Positions 13,690-23,275 of a DNA stretch of 64,000 nucleotides are shown piece after piece (position 1 is the first letter of the stretch; each line of letters opens with the position of its first letter). Under the pieces are notes generated by a model. It was not told the origin of the DNA, ran no database searches, and worked only from the letters and a program-made list of their open reading frames with translations. Source of the stretch: Veleropilina oligotropha (Eukaryota). Location: the NCBI GenBank assembly GCA_048128005.1, contig JBEUKZ010000036.1, forward strand, positions 372,001 through 436,000, written 5' to 3'. A program made the position numbers and the translations under genes.

Positions 13690-16626
13690 TCACCGTGTAT
13701 TTAACCTAGATGTCCTGGTGATGCAGTGTTGCGCCGCAACACATTGAACACTGGACAAACCATCCGCGCCAGTCGACAAATCGCGTAAATAATGTTTTAC
13801 AAACACGTTCGGATTTCTCCAATACCCTGCTTGTAGCAGGGAGGTAATATTCAGACAATGTCTAAATGCCAGGCTCGTCGATATCGCTCTTGTTTCATGG
13901 GCACGGACCGCAATAAGGTTGCGGTCAGCTTCGTTGGAATTAGAGTAAATCTGCTGAACCGTCCGACATATCCATCTCGAGATAGTATTCTTCGATACAT
14001 CGCGGGTGAAATTTGGCAAATACGAAATAAACAAGCGTTTTTTGCCACGACGGAAGTCACGTGTTCGGTCCAGATAGTAGCGAAGCGCGCGCACCGGGCA
14101 GTTGAGTCGATCGATATCGTTTCTACCGACAATAGAAAGCGTAGGAATAACGACTTCTGGAGCAATATCGCCTGGCCGCTGGTTTTTAGCAATAAATCCT
14201 AATATAGGACGTAAAATGACCGATCCGTCAGACTGGAATCTAATATCACGGAGCTCTGCTGAGAAGCTGTGTATCTCAGAAACCCTTTTGCCCGACGCAA
14301 ACGCAATTAGAAATACGGTTTTGTAAGTAAGGTTACGTATGGAAGCATTACGTAACGGCTCAAACGGGCTTTCTAGCAGAGCATTAAGTATAAGGATAAT
14401 ATTCCATGCTGGCGGCCGCGCCAGAGAAATCGGTCTTTCGAGTTCGTAGGACCTGATTAAATCAGAAATAGTACGGTCTGACGATAAGTCAATTCGGGAA
14501 CGACATTGTTTGAGTGTAGTCGAGATAGAGGCCCGATAACCTTTGACGGCCGAAACAGAAAGTCCTCGTTCGAATAACGACGTAATGAACTCGATAAATT
14601 TGTTCACAGGGGGACGGAGTATATTAACTTCCCGCCTGTGACACCAATCCACATATTTGACCCATCGGTAGTCATAGACTTTAGATGTAGATTGTCTTCG
14701 CGATCGGTAAATGCGGAGGGCTGTAGCGCGAGAAAATCCTTTCTCAACAAGCGATCGTTCGATAACCGCCATGCGTGTAAACGAAGTTCGTTTGACGACG
14801 GGTGTAACACCCGTGAGCGTGGTTGCATTAGCAGGTCCGGCCTTTGCGGTAACGCAAGCGGTCGATCGACGATTAGATCGAGAAGAGTCGGAAACCAAGA
14901 CTGCGTGCGATTTAGGGGCGCTATTAGCGTTATCTCGCAGCGGTCTCGCGCTGCCTTCTGTAGTACAAGTCGTAATATGGACGACGGGGGGAAGGCGTAC
15001 GCGATCAGATTCTCCCATGTCATTGACAACGCGTCGACCGCAAGGGCGGCCGGGTCCGGGTACGGGGAGACATACAGAGGGAGTCGGTGATTGAACTCTG
15101 TTGCAAACAGATCGACTTGGGGTTGAGACCACCGGCGGCAAACCTCCCGAGCTACACGGCTGTGTAGCGTCCACTCTGTGTGTATAATCTGCGATTTCCG
15201 AGAGAGCGAGTCCGCTCGGACGTTCAATATTCCCGGGATGTGTCGTGCTCGTATCGTCGAGTTGAGGGACATCACTAAGCGGTGTAGGTTGATTGCTCGG
15301 TCGCATAGGGGACGCGAGCGAGTGCCGCCCTGGTGTTGAACGTATGCGACGACAGTCGTGTTGTCCGTGGCGAGCAGTATGTGCTTGTTGCGGAGATGTG
15401 ACGAGAAGGACCGTACTGTCAGGTAGACCGCTTCTAGTTCTAGATAGTTTATGTGTCGTCCCTGCAGGTCCGTCGGCCAAAGGCCCGATGTCTCGTAACT
15501 GTCGAGGTGACCTCCCCAGCCCTCGTTCGAAGCGTCCGTGTATAGGAAGGCGTTCGGTTCTGGCGGGGAAATGGGAACCGACTGGCTCGGCAATGCAGGG
15601 TTCAGCCACACTGCTGTCGAGTGATTGAACCAATGCCGAAGATCTATACGATCCGTCCACTGTCCCGTCCGTTGCACCCAGCGGTCCCTGAAGGCCTGCT
15701 GTAACGGTCGTTTGTCCATTCGTCCTGTCGGTAGCAGGGGCGCTACCGACTCGATGTGCCCCAGGACAGTGGCCAGTTGTCGCGCCGTGGTTATCCCCGA
15801 TGACCTTGTGTCCTGGATAACTGCGCGTAGGTTCACGATACGTTTCTCGGTCGGCTTCGCGGTGTACCGGACCGTGTCGAAGACGACTCCGAGGAACGTA
15901 AACGTCGTCGAGGGCACGAAGCAGGATTTCTCGTTGTTGATCTGTAATCCTAGGCGCTTCGCCGATGACAGGGTAACGCTCATAGACTGGAGGCACTGAT
16001 CCCGGGACGCCCCGAGAATCAACCAGTCGTCGAGATACATGTGTACTCTGTGCCCTAGCGAATGTAGGAAGGCCCCGAGGGCCTGTACTACCCGCGTGAA
16101 GACGTAGGGGGCTGACGATAGACCGAACGGTAGGCACCTGAATTGGTAGATCGTCTCCCCGTGTATAAACCTGAGGTACTGATGAGCCGAGGCATGCATC
16201 GGAACGTGTAAGTACGCATCTGTCAGGTCGATAGACGCTGCCCAGTCGCCCGGACGGATGGCCGCACGTATCTTCGAGAGTGTTTCTTGCTGGAACTTCT
16301 CGGTACGCAAATAGCGGTCGAGGTGCGAGAGATCGAGGATCGGTCTCCAGCGGCCATCGGGTTTCGGGACCAGGAAGAAATGGCTGTAAAATCCTGGTGT
16401 GCTGGGCGGCGCGGGATAGATGGCTCTTTTTAAGAGCAAGTCCCGCACTGCCTGGTCTAAGACCGCTTGCTTCTCTCCTTGAAGGAGGCGAGCGTGTCTT
16501 GGTGGTGGTGTCACGGATAGGGTTGGATGCCGGTTGAAACTCAACTTGTATCCAGCACTCACGACTGAGTGGACCCAGCTGCTGTCTGTTAACTCTAGCC
16601 ACGTCTGGCTGTAGCCTAACAGGCAC
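13690..16626 (-). CDS. DIRS tyrosine recombinase ORF, overlapping pol in another frame
   Basis: C-terminal ~350 aa carry the R (GKRVSE), HxxR (AHETR) and Y (KHYLR) tyrosine-recombinase residues. The true start is uncertain. Confidence 0.93.
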   Translation of the reverse strand: MPVRLQPDVARVNRQQLGPLSRECWIQVEFQPASNPIRDTTTKTRSPPSRREASGLRPGSAGLALKKSHLSRAAQHTRILQPFLPGPETRWPLETDPRSLAPRPLFAYREVPARNTLEDTCGHPSGRLGSVYRPDRCVLTRSDACLGSSVPQVYTRGDDLPIQVPTVRSIVSPLRLHAGSTGPRGLPTFARAQSTHVSRRLVDSRGVPGSVPPVYERYPVIGEAPRITDQQREILLRALDDVYVPRSRLRHGPVHREADRETYREPTRSYPGHKVIGDNHGATTGHCPGAHRVGSAPATDRTNGQTTVTAGLQGPLGATDGTVDGSYRSSALVQSLDSSVAEPCIAEPVGSHFPARTERLPIHGRFERGLGRSPRQLRDIGPLADGPAGTTHKLSRTRSGLPDSTVLLVTSPQQAHTARHGQHDCRRIRSTPGRHSLASPMRPSNQPTPLSDVPQLDDTSTTHPGNIERPSGLALSEIADYTHRVDATQPCSSGGLPPVVSTPSRSVCNRVQSPTPSVCLPVPGPGRPCGRRVVNDMGESDRVRLPPVVHITTCTTEGSARPLRDNANSAPKSHAVLVSDSSRSNRRSTACVTAKAGPANATTLTGVTPVVKRTSFTRMAVIERSLVEKGFSRATALRIYRSRRQSTSKVYDYRWVKYVDWCHRREVNILRPPVNKFIEFITSLFERGLSVSAVKGYRASISTTLKQCRSRIDLSSDRTISDLIRSYELERPISLARPPAWNIILILNALLESPFEPLRNASIRNLTYKTVFLIAFASGKRVSEIHSFSAELRDIRFQSDGSVILRPILGFIAKNQRPGDIAPEVVIPTLSIVGRNDIDRLNCPVRALRYYLDRTRDFRRGKKRLFISYLPNFTRDVSKNTISRWICRTVQQIYSNSNEADRNLIAVRAHETRAISTSLAFRHCLNITSLLQAGYWRNPNVFVKHYLRDLSTGADGLSSVQCVAAQHCITRTSRLNTR

Positions 16627-16784
16627 GCTCCCACCGGCGGGAGCGCGCAGCTGAGCACGTCGCGAGTGCCGGCAACCCTAGGGCCGTGACGGCTTCCCTC
16701 TCCCGCTCTGACGGGATTTAGTTGGAGGGCCTTTTTTCTCGCTGGATTTCCGGGCCGGAGGCCCACCCCGAGAAGGTCTGGCAC
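14604..16784 (-). CDS. DIRS pol: reverse transcriptase, RNase H and methyltransferase-like domain
   Basis: RT motifs FLVPKPDG.WRPILDL, SIDLTDAY, LPFGLSSAP, YLDD; RNase H motifs TDAS..GWG, HIN.LEL, TDNTT, ADSLSR; MT-like DLFA and YAFPP. No in-frame ATG before the RT core. Confidence 0.96.
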   Translation of the reverse strand: MPDLLGVGLRPGNPARKKALQLNPVRAGEGSRHGPRVAGTRDVLSCALPPVGACLLGYSQTWLELTDSSWVHSVVSAGYKLSFNRHPTLSVTPPPRHARLLQGEKQAVLDQAVRDLLLKRAIYPAPPSTPGFYSHFFLVPKPDGRWRPILDLSHLDRYLRTEKFQQETLSKIRAAIRPGDWAASIDLTDAYLHVPMHASAHQYLRFIHGETIYQFRCLPFGLSSAPYVFTRVVQALGAFLHSLGHRVHMYLDDWLILGASRDQCLQSMSVTLSSAKRLGLQINNEKSCFVPSTTFTFLGVVFDTVRYTAKPTEKRIVNLRAVIQDTRSSGITTARQLATVLGHIESVAPLLPTGRMDKRPLQQAFRDRWVQRTGQWTDRIDLRHWFNHSTAVWLNPALPSQSVPISPPEPNAFLYTDASNEGWGGHLDSYETSGLWPTDLQGRHINYLELEAVYLTVRSFSSHLRNKHILLATDNTTVVAYVQHQGGTRSRPLCDRAINLHRLVMSLNSTIRARHIPGILNVRADSLSRKSQIIHTEWTLHSRVAREVCRRWSQPQVDLFATEFNHRLPLYVSPYPDPAALAVDALSMTWENLIAYAFPPSSILRLVLQKAARDRCEITLIAPLNRTQSWFPTLLDLIVDRPLALPQRPDLLMQPRSRVLHPSSNELRLHAWRLSNDRLLRKDFLALQPSAFTDREDNLHLKSMTTDGSNMWIGVTGGKLIYSVPL

Positions 16785-17775
16785 GCTTGGAAGCTTTCGC
16801 GCCCCGAGTCGGGGCCGAACGCTTCCTTGAGGGGGCAGGTTGAGTACCCCGAGGGGTAGTCAATACTGCGCGCTCAATCGCACGATCTTTCAGCTCAACG
16901 GCTCTCTTGTCGACGAATTCGGTGAACTCGCCTCCGAAGAGAGTCGGGGCCGACAAGGGCACACATCGCAGAGAACGCCGGGTGGCGTCGTCTAACGATG
17001 TACCCTCGAGGCAGGCGTCCCTACGAAGTAGGAGCGCATTGCCCAAGACACGCGCGGACTCCAACGCGTTGTTCTCCGTTGCGGCAGCAACCTCGTGGAG
17101 GAAGGACAGGGCGGTCTCGCGAGCGCCGGGTCGGTCCTCCTGTAGAACGGCTATCGCACCGTCCAGGAACGAGTCCTGTACAGACGACAGCCGCAGAGCT
17201 CGTCGGGCACAGCTCTCGAAGGCATCCATGGCGGCCCATGGTACCTTCGCTACCGAGGGAGCTTGACTGGCAGACAGACGACGCATCGCTACGTCAATCT
17301 GTGCTGGCTCAGCCACCAGGCACGGCTCAGAAAGCGCGATCGGCAACGGTCGCGAACTAGGCCGGAGGTATCTTCCTCTACGGAGGCCCCGAGGGAACTC
17401 CGTGAGAGAAGACGTCTCCACTGTCTTGCCTCCCTGAATGGCCCGGGTGGTCTGATCCAGAACCAGATCCACCAAGCCAGACTGGGGGAGTACGGGAAGC
17501 TGGGGAGCCTCCGACTCAGCAAAACGGTGTGCTGCCGTCCTGTGCTTGATCGTACCTACCGGCCGGGCCGGGTCGGGTAGATCTAGCACCCCGCGAAGCG
17601 ACGCGACAGCGTCGTGTCTTCGGCGGGTGGCGGAGATCGGCTCCTGCAAGCCTGATTGACTACGAGAGTCATCGGGACCGACCGATTCAAGGAGATCGGA
17701 GCGATCGGAGGGGACGTCCTCGTCGGAACGAGGGTCGACCTCCATCACCGAGGCAGGAGCCGTGCTCTGGGCCAC
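16678..17775 (-). CDS. DIRS gag, C-terminal part (ORF1b)
   Basis: 365-aa ORF with LLRRD...L...PL....LFG motif and a basic tail, as expected for DIRS1 gag; homologous frames are present in copy 2. Confidence 0.82.
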   Translation of the reverse strand: MAQSTAPASVMEVDPRSDEDVPSDRSDLLESVGPDDSRSQSGLQEPISATRRRHDAVASLRGVLDLPDPARPVGTIKHRTAAHRFAESEAPQLPVLPQSGLVDLVLDQTTRAIQGGKTVETSSLTEFPRGLRRGRYLRPSSRPLPIALSEPCLVAEPAQIDVAMRRLSASQAPSVAKVPWAAMDAFESCARRALRLSSVQDSFLDGAIAVLQEDRPGARETALSFLHEVAAATENNALESARVLGNALLLRRDACLEGTSLDDATRRSLRCVPLSAPTLFGGEFTEFVDKRAVELKDRAIERAVLTTPRGTQPAPSRKRSAPTRGAKASKRARPSRGGPPARKSSEKKGPPTKSRQSGRGKPSRP

Positions 17776-18932
17776 GAGCAGAGGAGCAGAGACCTGGGGC
17801 GGCTGAACAGCCGGTAGCCACTGGCCCTACTGCGGGCCTCGAATACCGCCGCAATCATTGCATGGACGCTCTCCAAAGAGAGACCAACAGGCAAGACGGG
17901 CGTCGATCCAACAGCCAGTGGATCGCTCGAGGACATCGTGGCGCATGGTAGACGGGCTGCTGGGCCAGATTGATATGAGAACCAGGGTCTCACATCACCT
18001 GACGAGCGGTTACTCCCGGAGAACGGGCCAAAAGGCGTGTTAACCGGAGCGCGACTCCCGAAAGACTGCGGCCACAGTCCCGTGGGGGTCGCCGCTCTGT
18101 TCAGGGGGTAGACGGGGGAAGCTCCCGCGTACATACCCATCCCGAACGCAGCCGGTCCGTCCTCGCCAACTAGTCTGAGCCCAAAGGGGTCAGGGGAGTC
18201 GGCGGGTCCTCCGACAAGACTGGGAGCTCCGAGGTGTAAGGACGAACCCTGGGGAGGGTCGGTCGCACCATCGGCCAGTGAGTCGGGTGTCGTTGGTGGT
18301 CCGGATCTTAAACCACCTTGGTGGTGTCCGGCAACTGTTCCAACTTGCTCTGCCGTCCGCAGTATGCCGCTCGGCATACCACTTGTGACAGAAGGACTAG
18401 CCGTCCCCTGCTCTTCCGAGGCCGAAAGAGAGGAAGGGGACAGCCTGCCCTGCTCAGCTGTTCGCTGTAAGGTCCGGTGTACCATGCTAGCCGGCATGGC
18501 ACTATTGGACGCAGCTACTAGGCCCGTAGTACGAGGAGAAACGGACAGCGCTCGGGCTCCACTTACCTGGTCTTGAACCTGGGACGCCGGCGAGGTTTCC
18601 ACGGTTTTCCCCAAAACCGTAGCGGTTTCGTCGGCGGGTCCTGCAACCTGCGATGCCCCAGTTCGCTGGTCGCTTCGCGTCCCTAAAACAGACGAATCAG
18701 AAATTAGCCCTGACTTACCCGTCGTCTGTTTTTCCGGGGGAAGCCCAACAGAGACGGACTCCCTGGTAGCCTTCGTCCCTGGTGGGTAGATGAGCGCCCA
18801 CTGCCGATCCGTTAAAAGTAGACATTTAGCACAGGGGTATCTCTTAGCACAACTACGGTGTATGCGACATACCGAATGCTTGTCGAAGCTGTGTATCTTT
18901 TGGTTACACTCAGGCTCACTGCAACGGACCAT
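17745..18932 (-). CDS. DIRS gag, N-terminal part (ORF1a) with Cys/His-rich N-terminus
   Basis: 395-aa ATG ORF. The C-x4-C...H..C..H..C...C..C cluster is conserved in copy 2 (MVRCSNSGCNQKIQGFDRHTECRIHRNC). Confidence 0.8.
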   Translation of the reverse strand: MVRCSEPECNQKIHSFDKHSVCRIHRSCAKRYPCAKCLLLTDRQWALIYPPGTKATRESVSVGLPPEKQTTGKSGLISDSSVLGTRSDQRTGASQVAGPADETATVLGKTVETSPASQVQDQVSGARALSVSPRTTGLVAASNSAMPASMVHRTLQRTAEQGRLSPSSLSASEEQGTASPSVTSGMPSGILRTAEQVGTVAGHHQGGLRSGPPTTPDSLADGATDPPQGSSLHLGAPSLVGGPADSPDPFGLRLVGEDGPAAFGMGMYAGASPVYPLNRAATPTGLWPQSFGSRAPVNTPFGPFSGSNRSSGDVRPWFSYQSGPAARLPCATMSSSDPLAVGSTPVLPVGLSLESVHAMIAAVFEARSRASGYRLFSRPRSLLLCSWPRARLLPR

Positions 18933-21149
18933 AGCTGTTACACGGGTAGGAAAGGTAGTGGGAAACGGGAAATTTAGGGATATCCGGGTAGTACGCTTCG
19001 TGTTAAACTACTACACCTTATATAGGGGTCTCTAATCCGAGTATAAAGGAAAAGACCGGATATTGACCCTAAATGTTATGAATCACACTTCGGTACAACC
19101 GAAGAACAGACAAGTAACCCGACTAGAATATAAACCAAGCCTGACGTACAAGCTTTATTAAAACGGCTTGTCGGACACTAACAAATTGAATGAGGCGGAT
19201 ATATAGTTAGTAGGAGGCTATATATAGAACAGCCGCCTTTAAACACCTGAAAACCTCGTGGATGTTGATTTCAATAGGTTAGAGCGTTGGCGAAATATCC
19301 CAGATTCGGCAGATAGGCCAAATAACGCACGTTAATACCTAAATATCTGCCTTGTTAGCGACGCTAAATTCGATTGAACAAAGTTACTAAGAATTTAAGC
19401 AAGATACGCCGCTAAGGAATTATCTAATATATAAATGAATTACAAGTAATTTCAAGCAATATTAGAACACAAACACTTCCTGCTATGAAAGGATTCGCCT
19501 ATGCGAAGCTTTCCTGCTTGAAGAACGTTCCCTCCTGAGCGGCCCTCTTTAGATCTTTACATTGTAAATTCCAAGATGGCGGGCCGAAAACCTCGTGGCC
19601 AGAATCTCACAACTTTTAAATCTTTGCTAATTCGGCCTAATACTCCGAACACAGTTAAATACTTCTTCAGTTCATATATATATATGAACGGCACAATATT
19701 GTGCGAAAGAAACTTGTTTAAAAGTAACTTCTTATAGTCTAATTTCTTGACTACTGAAAGCACGTCCGGACAGACTGACGGAAGACTTAAAAAGGATACC
19801 AGATCTGTCTTGGTCTCTGAGGTCTCGCGAGACTTGGGCAGATCTCGTGGGAGGAACGCGAGAGAGGGGAGCAGGGGGGGTAAGCGTGTAAGTTTAAATG
19901 AAAGTGAAACGCTTTTTCACAGTTTCCGGTTTAGCGATAATAGGGCTATTATGGCATAGGTAATGACGTAGAGTATATTGCTACTAATATACTGCTGATT
20001 ATTTCTTTATTTTTTATGTAATTAAAATTTATATCATTTACCATAATATATTTTTGTATTTTATGAGCATAATGGCTAATTGTATCAATATATATATATA
20101 ATAATATATGGTCGCATGAATACAAGCTATTAATTCATATATTATTATATGCACTATCAATGTTGATTAAATGTCCACTGATACTGTAACACATAATACA
20201 CCATAATACATAAACTCATGTAAACAATTTACTTTACTGTACATTATCTATATCCATTATAGATTTCATAATACAAATTTATATTTCGCAACATTCCTTC
20301 CTGTATTTGAGCATACATTGTAAAAAAAACATCTACAAAATGTTATATTGTAAAATCTTTATGTACACCTGTCTGCAATTATACACTGCTAGTTATGGCT
20401 ACAAGCATGTATTATGCTTCAAGATTTAATAAACTTGAATTGAATTAAATATTGTCTAGCTTGTCATATTTAGATAGCCCATTCAATTACCTTCAAGAAA
20501 ATATATAATTTATAGGGGGTATATTAAACATCACCCTTTATTAGCATTAACTTACGATACATTCATATCGTTATATATTTTCCCAAATAAAGTCACAGAT
20601 TGATTACAAAGGGTTAATGTCATAAAAAATTACAACCTTCGGGTTCAAACCAGGACATGTCAATGTTATTAAGCGAGAAAAGCCAGGCTTACTGCCCGAA
20701 AAACCTGCCCTCTTCGGTCAGTTATGGACAACAGTGTTTGGTTTACTGAACAAAGAATGCTTTATTGTCCCAACCGAGGTTCGATGGCGCTCATGTTAGA
20801 GAGAGCAGTCAAGCCAGTGGCACCAGAGTCGACACTCGAGATGAAACAACTACAGGAGCTAAATGTGACATATCAATTCAATAAAAGTGTAAGATTTAAA
20901 GGAAACATATTTAGGAATATATTACATGTAGTAAGCAAAGTATCAACTATTTGTAAGGAATACTATGTCTATATATTTTGCTGTCATAACATCAAACTAC
21001 TTATAAAATAATTGTGTAAAATGAGCAAAACAAGAAACTACCAACATTGTAAATGTCATCAATATTTCATTCAGGGGTACATGATTATTTTCTTGAAAAT
21101 AATTGCATATATATCATACATAAAGCATATAACAAGACCATAAACTCAC

Positions 21150-21265
21150 TCGATGATACACTTCAACTTCTCGGGACAGCAACCCACTTTTTCAAACAAG
21201 ATATCCTTCAAGGAGTCAGCGAGGATGTCCTGCGATGACCCAACCAGCTCACACATCAGGTTTTT
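21150..21265 (-). CDS. AASS: AASS exon (KNLMCELVGSSQDILADSLKDILFEKVGCCPEKLKCIID)
   Basis: Resembles the vertebrate KQLLCDLVG segment; cag and gtgag boundaries; phases fit both neighbours. Confidence 0.88.
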
Positions 21266-23013
21266 CTGAGGATACAAATAAGAACAGGATTATGGGTTGG
21301 TTTGGGTAGATGCTTTATGCCATGGTTTAACAACTTTCAGGTTCATTCCCGGCATGTCCTGGCCAACTGTGGCTGCTATCAGAACTAGAAAACCTATGTT
21401 CCCAGCAACATGGGTATGCCCCGGCGATTTCTTGTTTTGTATAATTTCCTTGAAAAAAATAATGTAAGTATACGTTATACCACAAGGTTTGGTTGGCTAA
21501 TCGGAATACCACACAGTTAAATCACAAGGCGATTGTGCAAAGATGTTTAAATGCACGGGAATCTCCAATTAGACAATAAAAACCCAGTGATATAGCAGAT
21601 TTAAATATTGCACAAATGTAAACTAATTTACAATATGTGACCGTGACCCTCCATCACAAAATCAGTCGCATGTCGCAAGAGACCAAATGACGTTAGCGGC
21701 CAAAAACGAGTAATGTGATGCTATTTTTTGAGAACTTGATCATTGATAGTTAAACTTTTGCATAGTATACATGATTTTCGTGTATACATGTATTATTTCT
21801 GTTTTTATGTGAGTTCACCAATATCCTTTTGTTCAATTTGCGCTAGACTGTCACCAAACAACTACCATTTTCGATAATCTGTAGATTGGCCATTGAGTTT
21901 CATTTAGAATTTGGTTGCAACTTGCTTTGACAAAATTAATGCTATGCAGTTTGAAATAAAATGTTTTCACAGTGAATGATAAGCTGTGATTTGCCGATTA
22001 TGCAGGCTGGCTTTGGTCGATTTCTAAAATTCGTCATTTCGACTCTCGACAGGGACAATCGGATTAAAATCACGTAATATACCGTTACACATATATATTT
22101 CGCATTTACCTTACCTAGTAAAATACAACATTGTTTTATCACATAAGCTAACAACAGAACAGGCGGACAAGTCATAAGTGTATGAACCTGGTGGCAGTAC
22201 ATCTGTAATTTTACATGATACATGAAGGCCTACATATCAGGTAGACATATATGGGGTACTTGTATGATGTTGGCATCTTTATTTTACGACCACTTTTATC
22301 AGTCTTATCACAGTCACGACACCCGTTTAATTAGGTTTCAATCCGACCTGACCCACGCATCTATAATAATAATATACCATTATATTATTTTAAGCATAGA
22401 ACGAGCCACAGACTAGGCTCGAACTAGATCCCACTAGCAGCCTGTATCCATTGTCCAACATACTAACCACTCATCAGATAACATGTATATAAAACGTGTG
22501 TGATAATAGTATTAGGCCAGAATATTAATCTTTTATTATACTTGAAAAGTTGAATACTTCTTTTATACTTTAACTGGGGATATTATCATTATTACAGCCC
22601 TCGGAATTAAGGTCGGCATTCGGCAATGCCGACTTCGTAGCCGACCTGCAAGCGTACGAGGTGGGCAAAAATTTGCCGACCTCGATTTATCTTGATAAAA
22701 GGTCTGTTCATATATATTATACTAATTCATGGTTCGTACAAAAATAGCCACATGAAATTCAAGGACTTTTCAAGGACTATAAAAGGACTTCACAAAAAAA
22801 TTTGAAGGACTATTTTTTTCAATGCAAATCAATATATAATGTATGTGATATATGCAACTTGGAACAGTGATAATTATAAGTACATGAATAAAAGGCACAT
22901 TATTCAACTTCGTGTTAAACTTGAATTAAAAATGATTATAATAATTTTAGGTGCGACTACAGTGCACGTTCGCCCATTTTAGCAATGTCGATCGTTTTGT
23001 TGCACAACGCGCA

Positions 23014-23275
23014 GGCCGCTTCGGTAGCGCAGAGGGTAGAGTGTCCATTCTAACTTCACTGGCTTGTTTCCGCTGACGCGAACAGTAGTGGGATCGACCC
23101 CCGGCTGAGGCAGCACACATTTGTTCAAGTTATGAAGCACAGTTGTCCGTGACTGGCCGAAGAGGGCGGGTTTACCCGGCGACCGGGGTTTCCTCCCGCG
23201 ATAACACGGACATGTCCTGCCTTGAACCTCGATGTTATAAATATACAGGATATTAAGCATAATTCCTCCTCCTCC
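23014..23275 (+). mobile_element. tRNA-derived SINE, full length, same family
   Basis: Close match to 9598-9861; 13-bp TSD tgcacaacgcgca (23001-23013 and 23276-23288). Confidence 0.92.

Larger units (their letters stand above)
12490..19989 (-). mobile_element. DIRS1-like tyrosine-recombinase retrotransposon, near-intact (copy 1), in an AASS intron
   Basis: Identical 187-bp inverted repeats (12531-12717 and 19784-19970). Internal complementary region 12795-12882 matches both outer termini. Carries gag, RT/RH/MT and YR ORFs. No TSD. Confidence 0.97.

Noticed and set aside
13858..19035. Plus-strand ORFs inside DIRS copy 1 (and likewise copy 2)
   Set aside because: Antisense shadows of GC-rich coding sequence with no recognisable motifs.
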